The notes beneath the pieces are model-generated. The model saw nothing but the letters and a program-made list of their open reading frames with translations. It had not been told where the DNA came from and searched no databases. From Camelus ferus (Eukaryota): a DNA stretch of 64,000 nucleotides. Positions 38,969-52,550 of the stretch are shown here, piece by piece (the first letter of the stretch is position 1; each line of letters opens with the position of its first letter). The DNA lies in the NCBI RefSeq assembly GCF_009834535.1, contig NC_045707.1, forward strand, positions 54,624,001-54,688,000, given 5' to 3'. The translations under genes were made by a program, and so were the position numbers.

Positions 38969-39534
38969 GGTCTGATAACCATGAAAGAGTTCCATGTAAT
39001 GGAGTTATATGATGAAACTTAGGCTTAAAGAAGAAAGTCTGGTGCAGGATAAATAAGTATTATATGAAAAGTGAAGGGGACAGAGAGAAATTAGAGGCTG
39101 ATAGTGCAGCTTAGAAGCTATTGCAATAGCTTTCTCCATTCCTACAAGTAAGTATACTTTGATAATCAAAATAATAATGTAACCAAAGTAAATGTTTGAC
39201 TTTCTCTAAAAGGCCAACCCACAGACTTCTTGACTATTGCCTCATATTTTGAATACAAATATCATTGCTAAATACATAATATTATTAATCATATAATGCT
39301 TAACTAGCAGCTCTTGCTTTATCTAATATTTTGTATATTGTCTATGGCTTTTGTTTTTGTTTAGACACAACATCCTAAATGTGGTACTTCTTGTTCTCCA
39401 TGAGAAATTGTAAAAACAAAGGTTCAATTATGTTGGAAATAGAACACTGACATACATAGAAGTGTATCATAGTTAGAATTGTAAAAGTCATAATGAAAAC
39501 ATATGTTATTTATATCTTGCAGCATTTATTTCTT

Positions 39535-39730
39535 TACAATTGTTTATTTAAGAAATATATGGGATCGACTATGTGCCAGGCACCGTGTTAGGTTCTGAGG
39601 ATGCAGTAATGAGCAGTAGCGATATTCCTGCCCTTGTGAGCTTGGAATACAGGGGAAGGATCAAATATAATCAAATAACCATACAACAAAAGTGAAACTG
39701 TCACTTCAGAAAGTACTATAAAAGAAGTAG
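39535..39730 (-). mobile_element. L2 3' fragment
   Basis: ctatgtgccaggcaccgtgttaggttctgaggatgcagtaatgagc...ttcctgcccttgtgagctt. Confidence 0.75.
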
Positions 39731-40670
39731 GAATGAATTTTTAGAATAATTATAATGATCATATTAACTTATAGAGCTACAAGCACATTTCAGTGTAACT
39801 GTCCACAGTGACATCTTTAGAGCCATAGCTGTGGCACAAGGCTATACTCATGGTTTGTGTAAAAAATGCATTTAGACTATATCTGAACTGTTGTATTACT
39901 GTTAACTTTTATTTATTATTCTAAATATTCTTATAAAAACAAGTCCGATATACATTCAATTTCATGAAATGAGTCATTCTATGTAATAAAACCCACAAAA
40001 CATTGGGAATTAATTAGCTAAACAGCTACAGACACAGTGGAAATTTAATGCTGTTATACGAAAAGAATTTTACATCAAACAAGACTGAATCAGATCTTCT
40101 TGGTAACTAATACCAACAGCCATGATGCAAAGTTCCATATCTAACCAATCATTCATTCCCCAGCACATGGCAGTTAATCACTAAATGGATAAATAAATAA
40201 AAAACACCTACTAAGTACAAGGTACTGTGAAAGGCATAACTTTGCTTTCAAGAAGCTCAAAAAACAATAGGAAGATAAAGACAATTATACTCACGCTAAA
40301 ATGTACAATTCTGCAAGTATGTAAGAACGATTTAAAGAACTTTCTAGGGATCGCAAGGACAGAAAAAGATGAGTTCCTCTGGAAGGCAGCAGATATACCC
40401 AAGAAGAGGTTTTGAAGAGGAGTCAGAGTTTGAATGGATCTTGCAGCGTGAAAGTATTTAAAAGGCAGAATTGTGAGGAAAGGACCTGACCAGCTTGGGT
40501 AAAAATATAAAGGCAGGGAGATGACATGGTTAAGTAACATTGACCTTTGGTGACCTACAAAGTGATATGATCAGTCTCTAGGAGAGCTATCTGGTAGTGG
40601 CCTTACAAATGGACAGCAATTGAACATTCACAATTCTAAGAAGTGGGGCAAAGTGTTCAGAAGTCCGTGG

Positions 40671-42042
40671 CATTGATTCTCTAAATTTTGATCTCAAGAC
40701 CCCTTTTAATCTTAAAAGCACAAGAATGTAAAGGGGTTTATACCTGAAGACAACAAAAAACTCTTATTTTTATAATTTTTCAAGATTAGACATTGAGATG
40801 GAGAAATTTTTAAATGCTTATTAATTAATTTAAGAATAACTATAATGAACTCTAATGTTAACATAAATAAAATGACTATGTTTTACAAAACAGAAATAGT
40901 GAAAATACTGGCATTATTTTACATTTTTGCAAATCTAATGATAACTTAGTTGAAGACCCCTTGAATTCTGTATTCTGCTTCTGCATTCAACCCATTGCTC
41001 TACGATGCTTTGATTGAAGTATATGAAGAAACTCTAGCATCATACCCTTAGGCAGCTAGAAAAGGGAGACATATTTTAAAATTCTTTTCAGATAATTGTG
41101 GACATTTTCCTTTGATACTAAACCAGAATTGACAAGTGGTAGTTTCTTAAATGTTAATGGCAATGTGGAATCTGAGACTATATCAATGAATGTTTTACAT
41201 TAAAATCCATTGGCCTCTCTTCTATTTTAAACAAATCTTTTACCTATACATTATTTGGCAACCCCTTGAGTCTATTAGACAATATTCATTAACTGAGTTA
41301 TACAGATATTGCAAATTCTGACACATTTTATTATATAATATTAAATATCACACTCGCTAATATCATCACCATTATCCTCAGGAAAAGTCTCTATGTGTTG
41401 GAAAACTGTCAAGCTTTTGGTGGTAGATGTAATTTTTTGTAAAATTACCACTTTTGCTTGAAAGCTCAAATTTTTTCTTTAGCAGGGTAGACTATAACCC
41501 CTTTTCCTAGAAGTGACATGCTGACTGTTCATTTGTGAGAAAATATCTGCCAAATACCCGAGCCTGAATAACCATAGTTTGTCTGCTGTTTTTTCAAGTA
41601 CAAATGTTGTTCCATTAAAAAAGTGGCTGGTTCAGCTCACCACTCAGACTCTCATAAAAGTGCTTCTCCTGGAGACAATCAATGTAACTTCTTTATCAAA
41701 CAGCATTTGGCAGAATATTAAAAAGATGCATACTCAAGAATTAATATCTAATACAAATTAGTAATTTTTTTTACTGCTTCATCAAGAGCATTCTTGAGTG
41801 AAACTATTTCTTTAAACTGTGAGTGCATGGTGAGTAGCAAAGATTAGAACGACTAGTGCAGTTTGGTGTCACTGCCTTGTTTCATGCCCAGGTACCAGCA
41901 ATTTTACCCACCATCAACATGTGTAAAAAGCGAAAAAGGCAAAGACAAAAAAATGTCCTTTAAAAATAATTTTGAACTTGATAACCTCCTGAAAGTGTTT
42001 TAGTGACCCTCCAAGGCCACAGACTACACTATGAGTTCCTAG
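40671..42042 (-). mobile_element. Charlie1a-like hAT DNA transposon with transposase remnant
   Basis: Degraded termini (cattgattctctaaattttgatctcaagaccc ... cagactacactatgag). The minus strand near 41850-41915 translates MVGKIAGTWA*NKAVTPNCTS, resembling Charlie transposase. Confidence 0.85.
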
Positions 42043-42373
42043 TCTATGATATTAATAAAATAACTTCTTGTTTGAGTTTATACATACTGGTTTTATAATA
42101 GTCCCCAATAAAGTTCAACTTATTCTATTTCTTTTGTTGACTTCAGGCTGGCTTTTCTACTCCAACTAATTTTTCCTATGTGTAAATGGTTGAATATATA
42201 CATGTCCCCATATATACTTCTGTTACTATCCTTGCTAACCCAAGATACTTATCTTATCTACTGGCTAACATATTATGGCCACTGCATACCCTCTCCACCT
42301 TCAGGACATGATTTTAAGAGTGGATTAACTGGTCTAAAATAGTAACAGAATATTCAGCATTATAATTTGACAG

Positions 42374-42937
42374 TGATGGGGTTCAGGATATGCTACTCCA
42401 AAATATGGCATATTGCATATTTTACGTTGGAAAGGGTTTGAGAAAAGAGCAGAAGCAGGAAGGTCATCTGACCTTCCCCCATACTTCTCCCCTGAAGTGG
42501 GTTATAAAATTCTCACGTGAAGTTGCCCGCCATATACCCAGAAAAAAGGAGAATCCTTGTCTCTGAAGATACAGGGACACTGACCAGAATCCAAACACAC
42601 CTTGCTAAGTTCACCCCAGTTTACAACACTTATGTCATACACTTTAATACATCGTATTCCTCCATGACTCTCCACCCTTCACCAAACAGCATAAAAATAC
42701 TAAAGTCTAACTGTTTCTTCAGGTCCTTATTTCCTTATGAAGGCCACTGTATTGCATAAAATTTATACTAAATAAACTTGTATGTTTTTCACCTATTAAT
42801 ACTACCATGGCATGCAAAATTTACATTAAATACATTTGTTTGCTCTTCTCCTGCTAACCTTTCTTTGCCAGTTTAATTTTCAGACCCAGTCAGGGACCTT
42901 AAGATGGTCTAGGAAAACGGTTTCGTCCCCTACTACA
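42374..42937 (+). mobile_element. ERV1 solo LTR (MER34-like)
   Basis: tgatggggttcaggatatgctactccaaaatatggcatattgcatatttt ... tttcgtcccctactaca. Its 5' end is related to the LTR at 11156. TSD is not clean. Confidence 0.85.
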
Positions 42938-44109
42938 CAAATGTCAAAAAGTCATAACTAGACTTAATACTTTTCACTTATGGTATAATGCATTATTATG
43001 AGTAACTGAAATAATTAGAAAAATACCCAGCAACAAAAATCCTTTAAATGATATGATACAAGAATTCAAGATCTTTTAAAAAGGTCTAAGGATCAAGAGA
43101 CAGAAAACCTGACATTTGGCTGTTGTTTAGTAGTGAATTTTCCTTTATTTTATCTGCCTGGGAGAAAGTAATATTTCTGACTAAGTAATCTTTCGGGTGC
43201 TTTAACAAACTATATTGTTATTAAAACAATTAAAAAGCTTTTTTATCGATATATGGTGATAGAGTTTATTTCTTTGGTTATTTCAGTTGTTTGTTTTTAA
43301 CTCTCTCATTGGTTAAAAAATTGAGAGCTTAGATTTATTTCAAAATAGTTTTATGCTTCTAAACCAGCTGTCAATGTGAAACACCAGGTCAAGCACAGAT
43401 AAATTAGAATGCAGTTGCTGATGTTGACAAAAATGAATATGGTAAATGAGTATTTTGGGAATAAATAATTAACTGCATAAGGTCACCTTATGGTAGTGTT
43501 TGACTTGATCATTATATGTAAAAAAATTTGTGATGTGTGGCTTTTCTTAACTCTCACTAAAAATAGAGAATATAGAGAAGTAAACAAAAATGGGAAAAGT
43601 GAGTTTATCAGGTTGCCTCTTCTACAGAATAAAACGTTCATTTTAGGACTTTTAAAAAATAATTTCAGGTCCATTATAATCTATTTTAAGATTATGAAGA
43701 ATATTATAACTCTATTTTAAAGAATATTTTAATTGTATGCAGTTTTTATACACTATTTTATTTGTTGTAAATTTAGTTACATTCATTGAGCATTTAATGA
43801 ATACCTACTATGTGTCAAGACCTTTGTTGAAAAGACAGTGTTTTGTTAAAGGGAGTATAAAGTCAAGGGAGAAAAAGAAACAACTGAATTAAAATATACA
43901 GCTGTATCTTAAGAGATAAGTTTATGGTAGATTCATTTACAGATTATTTTATAATTTATAGGCTATCCACAGAAATTTTGGATTAGATGTTTAATTTCAA
44001 AGCTGTAGCAGGAAATATTACAACTATATATATAACATATGTAATTCTTTCTCTTCTTTTGGATGAACCTACATTATACCTGTGATTTATTTTCAGGAAG
44101 AAAATCTAG

Positions 44110-44240
44110 ATTTTGAGCCAAAACCAGTTTAAGCATCACTTAAATTCCCTACTAGCATTGTGATCTTGGGTAAGATCATCCCTTGGCTTGTTTCAACATC
44201 AGTAAAATAGGGAAATTAGTAAAATACTAATATTCCCCCC
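44110..44240 (+). mobile_element. MIR SINE
   Basis: tactagcattgtgatcttgggtaag...tgtttcaacatcagtaaaataggg. Confidence 0.6.
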
Positions 44241-44899
44241 TATCAAGAGGGCTATACAGAGAGGCTTCAATTATGTGTATAGTTTTCTCTATAAAAATAA
44301 AACGAAGTGTGGCAAAATATTTGGATACAGTAGAACTCTGTAGTAGTATATGGTTGTTCATCATTCTATTCTCTGGACTTTTCTCTGTATTTGAAATATA
44401 TCATTGTGTACTATATATTTTTACGAAGATGGATATATTATACAGTAGTTCCCTAGTTTACTAGATCATGCATTTCTTTGTTTCTGGATTATCACGTGGG
44501 AGTATTCTGCAATACGCAATTTGTTAAACAAGACAATACCAACACAACAAAACATTAAAACAAAGATTGCCGAGCACTATTATATGTCAAGTTTAGGTTA
44601 GATGGCCATACTGTATGGTTGAGCTAATTGGCATATTTTGCTTACTTCACATATTATCAGCAGTCTAGGATTAAGCACATGAAAACAGATTTTTTTAAAG
44701 GTAGTATGTATGATCTATTAGGTCAATTGCCAAGAGAGACTTTGAACTCTCCGAAGAAATTACCATATAGTAATAGGAATTTCTGTCTCCGAATGCCCCT
44801 TAAATTGAAGCTTGAAGACTTTAAATAAAAAACAGACTAAAGTAATTTAATTTTAATGGGTAGTTTGAATTCATCTGAAATGAGCTGTTTGTAATGATA

Positions 44900-46400
44900 G
44901 ATTTCGATTTGGCGCACAAAAAGTCATTTTGTATGTCATGGACTAAGGGAGGCAGATGGCTAAGCCCAATATCTATGGGATGGGAAAGTATACTCTTCCC
45001 ATAAGAAGTTACTGTACGATATGTAGCAATTGGCAAGGATATTTAATCCTCTTATGGGGAAGGAGAATAAATAGTCAGAAACAATAATAGAAACCATGGT
45101 AATCCTCTCTCTCTACACAAATATTTACTTATTTTCAGCATGCAAAATTCACTCCTCTTTCCTAAGGAATACACCCCGAAGTATCATCCAATCATGGCGT
45201 TAGGCTCTAAGTCCAGAATCTCATGAAAATCTCTATATTAGGTTAGATGTGGCTTCTCTTACATCAGATATTAGTGAATTTAAAAGTTAAAAACATAAAT
45301 AAATGTTATCTTTCTCCCATTAACACAACATACAATGGGAAACAGATACATACTAACTGCAATATACACTCTAGTGCTTAGCGTATATATAAAGGGGAAA
45401 ACGGGAGGCACATAGCAGCAGCTGGTTAATGATGAATCTCTTTGGTCAAGTGCTGTACAGGCCCCCGACCCTGATGATAAGGGAGTATTCTTGGATTAGT
45501 CATCAACTATATTCCTTGGGAGAAGTTTCTCCGTGGTTTTGGGGTTCCCCCCATGTGATGACTCTCTTACTCCTTTCAGGCTTCTGTAACAAAATACCAC
45601 AGACTGGGTAGTTATAAAAAACAGAATTTTGTTGCTCACAGTTCTGGAGGCTGGAAAGACAAAAATCAAGGTGTCAGCATGGTAGGTTTCTGGTGAGCGT
45701 CCCCTTCCTGTTTACAGCCAGCCCCTTCCTGCTGAGTTCTCACTTAATGGAAAGGTTAGGGATCTTTATGGAGCCTCTCTTATAAGAGCACTAAACCCAT
45801 TCAGGTGGGTTCCACCATTATGACTTACACCCTCCCAAAGGCCCCACTTACTAATACCATCACATGGGGCATTAGGATTTCAACATGTGAATTTGGGGGG
45901 AACACAAACATTCAGAGCATAGCAAAGACTTTCTTTGGCCATATCTGGAAAGAACATTGAGAAATACACTATCTCTGGGAGTTGAGTAATATTTTTAGTC
46001 TGCTTCTTCTCTGTTAATATTAGGAATTCTAGAGGTTTTCTATCTGTAATGCATGCTGTTGGTTCCTTTGGTGGTGCAACTCTGCAATTCATTTTTTTGC
46101 TGTATGTACCAATATTCACACCCACAGTTCACTGAAGAAATACCTTTTTCTATTGAATGGTACAATAATGAAAATCCACCTCATCTCTCTTTACTGGATA
46201 AGGAGACCCCAACTCCTCTGGAGACCACCCACAGTTTGTAGGAAATCTCTCTCTCCACTAGCACTGTGGATTTATTCTGCTTTCAGTAAAAGCAGTAATC
46301 CTTTCCTACTTGTCTTCTGGGGATTTCTCCACTTCTTCTATAGGTTTCCAGGCAATAGGAGGCACAGCATTAATGGTTTCTTTACTTCTCTTACACTTAG
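44900..46400 (-). mobile_element. Old MaLR element: partial LTR (MLT1I/J-like) plus internal sequence
   Basis: LTR-like to ~45100 (aagcccaatatctatgggatgggaaagtatactc), then MLT1-int-like sequence (catccaatcatggc...aagtccagaatctc; caacatacaatggg...gggaggcacatagcag). Right boundary uncertain. Confidence 0.65.
45563..45924 (-). mobile_element. MLT1A0-like solo LTR
   Basis: gtaacaaaataccacagactgggtag...gctcacagttctggaggctgg...aggatttcaacatgtgaatttggggggaacacaaacattcagagcatagca; TSD atgac / aagac (4 of 5 match). Confidence 0.9.
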
Positions 46401-48299
46401 CAAGTCTGTTTCTTGTGTAAAGTTCCTATCATTTACAGGTTCTGCTTTTCCAACTACAAAATTTAGTCTTAGACTATGATGGGGAAAAGGAATTTGGTTC
46501 AAGGTGGTTATAATTGAGGCTTCTAGTCATGGGTGACATGACTGATGGTGGAGTCCATATTAGGTTAAGACTAAAATAAAAGCTCCTCTAGTAAATTCCT
46601 AGAGTAAAAATAGGAAAAATAAAGACACTACACTAAATATTTCAATGAGGAAAAAGACACAGCTCTGTTGGAGTTGGAGAATAAAAGAGACTAGAATAAT
46701 GGATAGTCGTAGTTAGAATAAGAATTTTGGAACTCACACAGTCAGAAATATACAGTCGGTCTGAATTCCAAAGAAAGGAAAATTATTTGAAGCTGTATCT
46801 TAAGTATTCCTATTTAACTTTATTTAGAAAATATTATATCTAAATGATGTTATTTATTGAACATTTTCTCAAAAAATCCTTGGCATGCATACCATCTGTA
46901 ACATGTAAAAATCGGGATACAAAAAAAATCACTTTATTGAATTCATATACAATTTCAGAGATAAACATTAAAATTAGATTAGATGTTATATGCCATGATA
47001 GAAAAAGGAACTGTTAATACATGCCCTTTCAATACAAAAATCATTTGCTAGAAAATATGGTCTCAACTTGAATTAAAGTGAAATATAGATACTCACTAAT
47101 ATAGTTTATTTCTAAGTAAAGCACTTGTGGTACCAAAATCAAAACCAGTGGAAACAATGGATGGATAACTGATTAAATTTTTAGAGAAAAGAATTACATT
47201 TGCCATGAACTTTGACTTATCTTGGAGGTTGGTCTCCTACCTAGTCAAATTTTAATTCACATAGCTAAATATTATTGTAGAAATACATTGTCCACTATTT
47301 TGTTTTCAGTATAAAGGATTTTTTTCAATATAAGGGATTTTCTAAAAAGATGATTAGATTCTTATTTTGGAACTTATAAAGAATTGTAATTGCTTCTGCA
47401 CAACTCTGCTACCAAAAAGTGATAAGATTAATGGTAAAATAAAATCTATTATCTCTTAGTGAGAAAATCTCTATACAATACTTATTCTTTTCTGTAGACT
47501 CTCTTGACTGAATGCATAGAGAAGCTTTGGGAATGAGTTCTGAAATGAGTATTATAATTTGGAGATTTATATTCAATATTCCAATTGTATTGAGACATTT
47601 ATTTATTCATTATTTCAAAAGGCACTGTGAAGGAGACTGGGAATACAACGCTAAATACAGCAATATCCTTGCCTGACCTTTTGAAAACTGAAGCACTGGC
47701 TTCACACATAAAATCCTCAGGAGTTCCTATGCTCAAATCACTGTTTCTCATCAGTTTCAGAGCTAGGAAGGTTATCTGACACTGGAGAAGGGGGTTTTTA
47801 TTAATAAAGTGCTTCTCTGGTCTTCCCTGAGGTTATGTGAAAATGTAGAATTTATTGAAATGCACTGAGGAAATTCACATTACTAATTGCCTAGTCTGCT
47901 TTAAATGCAGTAGATCTGATGTGAATATCTTTCAGAAATATATTAATAATTCAAAATTTTAATTGATAATCTGAAAATACAAATATGTGAATGGATTCCC
48001 CAGTAATTTAGAAGTAATTGATGGTATTTTTCTACTTAATGTCATATATATATGATTTTAAAATTAGATTCTAAAAGAATATTATTGTATTGAACCTAAG
48101 ATATCATAAATAGTAAATACATCTTGAATTTATGTGCAATTTAAAAACAAAAACAGTACCAAATAACCACACAGTCACTGGTTAAAAAAAATACATATAT
48201 ATATATGTATGTCCTCATTTCAGATCTCTTAAAGCAGAAAAATTAATATTGAAATTAATAATATAGAATATATGGATATATACACACAAATAACACACA

Positions 48300-49169
48300 T
48301 TATTCTTTTTTTAGATAATTATAGATTCACATGCAGTTGTCAGAAATAATACAGACAGAGCCTATGTACCTTTGATCTAGTTTCACACAGTGATACCGTC
48401 TCTCAAAACTACAGCACAATATCCCATCCAAGAAAGTGACACTGCTACCATCCACTATAGTACTTAGATTTCCCCACTTTTTCATATACTCGTTTGTGTC
48501 TATGTATGTGTATGTATATTTATTTTGGATTACAAAAAATTTTATGTGTATCTATTTGTGCATCCACCACCACATTCCAGATACAAAACACTTCCATTGC
48601 AGCATGCATACCTTGTCTGTCATCCCTATTACCCCACAAACTCCAACTCTGACCTCTGACAGCTACTAATCTATTCCTCATTTCTACTATATTTTCATTT
48701 CAATAAAGTTACATACGTGGAATCATATAGTATATAATTTTTTGGTATCTGCTTCTTTCAGTCAGCATAATTCCCTGGAGATTCATTCAAGTCAGATCCT
48801 GTACCAGTAGTCCCTTCCTCTTTATTTTTATTGCTCAGTAGCATCCCATGGGTTGACTCGACCACAGTTTGCTTAGACATTCACCCAGTGAAAAACATCT
48901 GGGTTGTTTCCAGTTTGGGGCTCTAACAAAGAAAACTGCTCTAAAGAGTCATGTACAGATAAACTGAAGTCTTCATTTATCTGGAACAAATGTGCAAGAG
49001 TGCAATTGCTCAGTCTTTTAGTAATTATGTTTTAGTTTTACAAGAAACTTTCAAACTCTTGTCCATTGTGGAAAACATTTACTCTTTTACAGTCTACAAT
49101 CTTGCCAGAACTTTGTGTTATCATTAATCTTTTAAGCCATTCTGATTGTTATATAATGATACATTGTGA
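48300..49169 (-). mobile_element. L1MC-like 3' fragment
   Basis: agataattatagattcacatgcagttgtcagaaataatacag...gcataattccctggagattcattcaag...catctgggttgtttccagtttgggg. Confidence 0.85.
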
Positions 49170-52155
49170 TTTTATTTATTTTTTATTGAGGTAACATTGG
49201 TTTAAAACATTATATGTTTTATGTGTAAAACATTTCAAATTCTGTGTACACTACAGTGTGCTCACCACCAAAAGTTTAATTTACATTCATCAACATACAG
49301 TTGATCCTCTTAACCCATCTTGCCCTTCCCCACCCCTTTTCCCTTTAGTTATCACATTTTGTTCCCCGTATCTGTGTTTGTTTTTGTTTGGTTTGGTTAT
49401 TTTTTAAACTATTCCACATATGAGTGAAATCATATGGTATTTATCCTTCCCCATCTGCTTTATTTCACTTAGCCTACTACCCTTAATGTCCATCTATATT
49501 GCTTCAAATGGTAAGATTTTATCTTTTTATATGGTTGGGTAGTATTCCATTGTATATGATACCACAACTTCTTTATCCATTTATCCATTGCTAGGCACTT
49601 AGGTTGTTACCCTATCTTGGTTATTGTAAATAAGGTTGCAATGAATAGAGGAGTGCTTTTTTTTTTTTTTTTTGAATTAGTGTTTTCATATTATTTGGAT
49701 ACCCAGAAGTGGAAGAGACACATCACACAGTGATTCTCCTCTTTTTTTTTTTTTTTTAAGGAATCTCCATATTGTTTTCCATAGTGGCTACATCAGTTGA
49801 CATTCCCACCAACAGTGTATGAGGGCTGTATGTATGATTCTAAGAATTTATTCGTTCCTTCTGAGTTGTCCAATTTGTTGGAGTATAGCTGTTCATTGTA
49901 TTCTCTTATGATCCTTTGTATTTCCACGGTATTCATTGTAATTTTGCCTCTTTAATTTTTTATTTTATTTATGTGAGCCTTCTCTCTTTTTTTTTCTTAG
50001 TGAGTCTAGCTAGAGGTTTATCAATTTTGTTTTTTTCTTTTTTAGTTTCTTTAGGTATAAGGTAAGATTTTTTTATTTGAGATTTTTCTTATTTCTTAAA
50101 GTAGGCCTGTGTTGCTATAAACTTCCCTCTTAGTACTGCTTTTGCTGCATCACATAGATTTTGGTATTTTTTGGTTTCTCCTTTGATTTCTTCATTGACT
50201 CAATTGTTTAATAGCATGTTGTTCAGTCTCCACATATTTTACTTGTTTGTTTGTTTGTTTGTTTGTTTGTTTGTTGCAGCTTTCTTCATGTAGTTGATTT
50301 CCAGTTTCATAGCATTGTGGTTGGAAAAGCTACTTGACATGACTGTAATCTTCTTGAATTTATTGAGACTTGTTTTATGTCCCAGCATATGGTTTAGCCT
50401 TGAGAATGTTCCATTTGCACTTGAGAAGAATGTATTCTGCTGCATTTGGATGGAATGTTCTGTACAAATCTATTATGCCCATCCAGTCTAATGCTTCCCT
50501 TAAGGCTGCTGTTTCCTTGTTGACTTTCTGTCTGGATGATTTATTCATGGATGTAAGCAGGCTGTTAAAGACCCCTGCAATTATTGTGTTGCTGCCAATT
50601 TCTCACTTTAGGTCTGCTACTAATTGCTTTATATATTTTGGTGCTTGTATGTTGGATGAATATATATTAGCAATTGTTACGTCTTTTGATAGATTGTCTT
50701 CTTTATTATTATATAATATTAATTTTGTCTTTTTTTAACCCTTTTTGTCTTAAAATCTATTTTACCTATTATGAGTATGGCTACACCTGCTTTCTTTTGG
50801 CTCCCATTTCCTTGGAGTATCATCCCCATCCCTTCTCTTTAATCATATGTTTGTTTTAAGAACTGAGGTGTGTTTCCTGGAGGCAGCATACACTTAAGTC
50901 TAATTTTTTAATCTATGTAATCACTCTGTGTCTTTTGATTGGTGAATTCAATCCATTTACATTTAGGGTGATTATCGATAAATGAGGACTTCATAATGCC
51001 ATTCTATCTTTTGTTTTCTGGTTGCTCTGTATCTCCCTATTTCTTTTACCTTATGTTTCTGCCTGCCATTTTAGTTTGGTGGTTTTCTATGATGTTTTTG
51101 AGTTTCCTCTTTTTTATGTTTTGTATCTCTCCTCTAGATTTATGTTTTGTGGTTATCATGAGGTTTGTATAAAATGTCTCAGATAAAATAGTCCCTTTTC
51201 TGCTGATACTATCTTATCTTCATTTGCTCAAACAAGTTCTATCTTTTTCCTCTTCCTTTTTTGTGTTTTTGTTGTCTCAAAATATTCCTTTTTATGTTGT
51301 AAGTTTCTTACCAAATTGAAGCCATGCTATAGTTATTTTTACTGATTTTTCCCTTTAATCTTTATGCCATAATAAAGTATTTAAAATCTATTCTGACAGA
51401 AGTTGCATTTTTCTGATTCTGTTACTTTATTTTTATCACCCTACTCAAAGTTTCATATAATTTTGCCTTTTTGTTTCAAGTAGAACTGCTTCTTTCAACA
51501 TTTCTTTTGAGGCCAGTCTAGTGGTGATGAACTCCTTCAATTTTACTTATCTGTCTTTATTTTCTCCTCATATCTGAATGATAATATTGCTAGATAAAGT
51601 ACTGTTGCCTGACAGTTTTTATCTTTCAATATTTTGAGTATGTCATTCCAATTTCCTGGCCCATAGAGTTTCTGCTGAGAAATCTGCTGATAGCTTATGG
51701 GGGTTCCTTTGTTGGTTTCCATCCTTTTTTCCCTGGCTGCCTTTAAAATTCTTTGTCATTAACTTTTGACAGTTTTAATATAATGTGTCTTGGAAAAGGT
51801 CTTTTTGTGTCGAAGTAATTAGGTGTTCTCTTAGTCTTATGGACTTACATATCTAGTTCCTTCCCCAGGTTTGCAGAGTTCCTAGCTATTATTTCATTAA
51901 ATAAACTCTCCAGTCCCTTTTTTCTTTCCCCCATCTCTGGGATACTAATTATCCTTATGTTGCCCTTCTTAATGGGGTTGGATAGTTCCCATAAACTTTT
52001 TTTCTTTTCTTTTTTTAGATCTTGGTTCTCTCTCCTATCTGTATCATTTCTAGATTTCTATCTTTGAACTTGCTAATTCTCTCTTCCATATGGTCTGCTC
52101 TACTTCTAATGTTTTCTAATACATCTTCATCTCATTTATTGAGTTTTTAAGCTCA
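49170..52155 (-). mobile_element. Internally deleted L1 (3' UTR, ORF2 endonuclease region, part of ORF1)
   Basis: ORF 50239-50445 (TFFSSANGTFSRLNHMLGHKTSLNKFKKI...FSNHNAMKLEIN) is the L1 endonuclease C-terminal part. The minus strand near 51660-51700 gives LSADFSAETL (ORF1). T-rich tail at 49170. Confidence 0.92.
50243..50275. repeat. (TTTG)n microsatellite inside L1
   Basis: About 8 visible units. Confidence 0.9.
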
Positions 52156-52159
52156 ATTT

Positions 52160-52550
52160 ATGGCCTTAAAGTGAAATATATAAAACTTACTTCTATTTAG
52201 GTCCCTTTAACCTCCCTACTTTTTAGATATAATTGTCTCAAGGATTTCCTCTATGTACCTTGAGTAGCTCATAAGATGATGTTATAAATTTGTGTCAATC
52301 ATCAAATATGATTTAAGAGACTCATGAGAACTAGATAGTCTATATTTTCCTTACTTCTTAATGATTCCACTACTTATTTTTTTCTTTCTTGAAGTTCCAG
52401 GGTCTGTCTTTGCTATTGTTTCCTTTCTAGTTTGAGAATTCCCTTTATCGAAATTTAAGGTTAGGTTTGCTAAGCAACCTTCATCTGAGAATGTCTTTAT
52501 TCCCTATCCTATGACCCTCCTAAAGGATACTTTGCCAGTTTGAGTATTGC
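52160..52550 (-). mobile_element. Older L1M inter-ORF/ORF1-end fragment
   Basis: tttcctttctagtttgagaattcccttt...cttcatctgagaatgtctttatt...aaggatactttgccag. Confidence 0.6.

Noticed and set aside
11156..42937. The two MER34-like LTRs as ends of one provirus
   Set aside because: They are 31 kb apart and clearly diverged. The first has its own TSD, and no gag/pol/env lies between them.
44440..44512. Tigger/MER44-like mini element (tacagtagttccc...gggagtattctg)
   Set aside because: The inverted repeats are too degenerate to call by eye.
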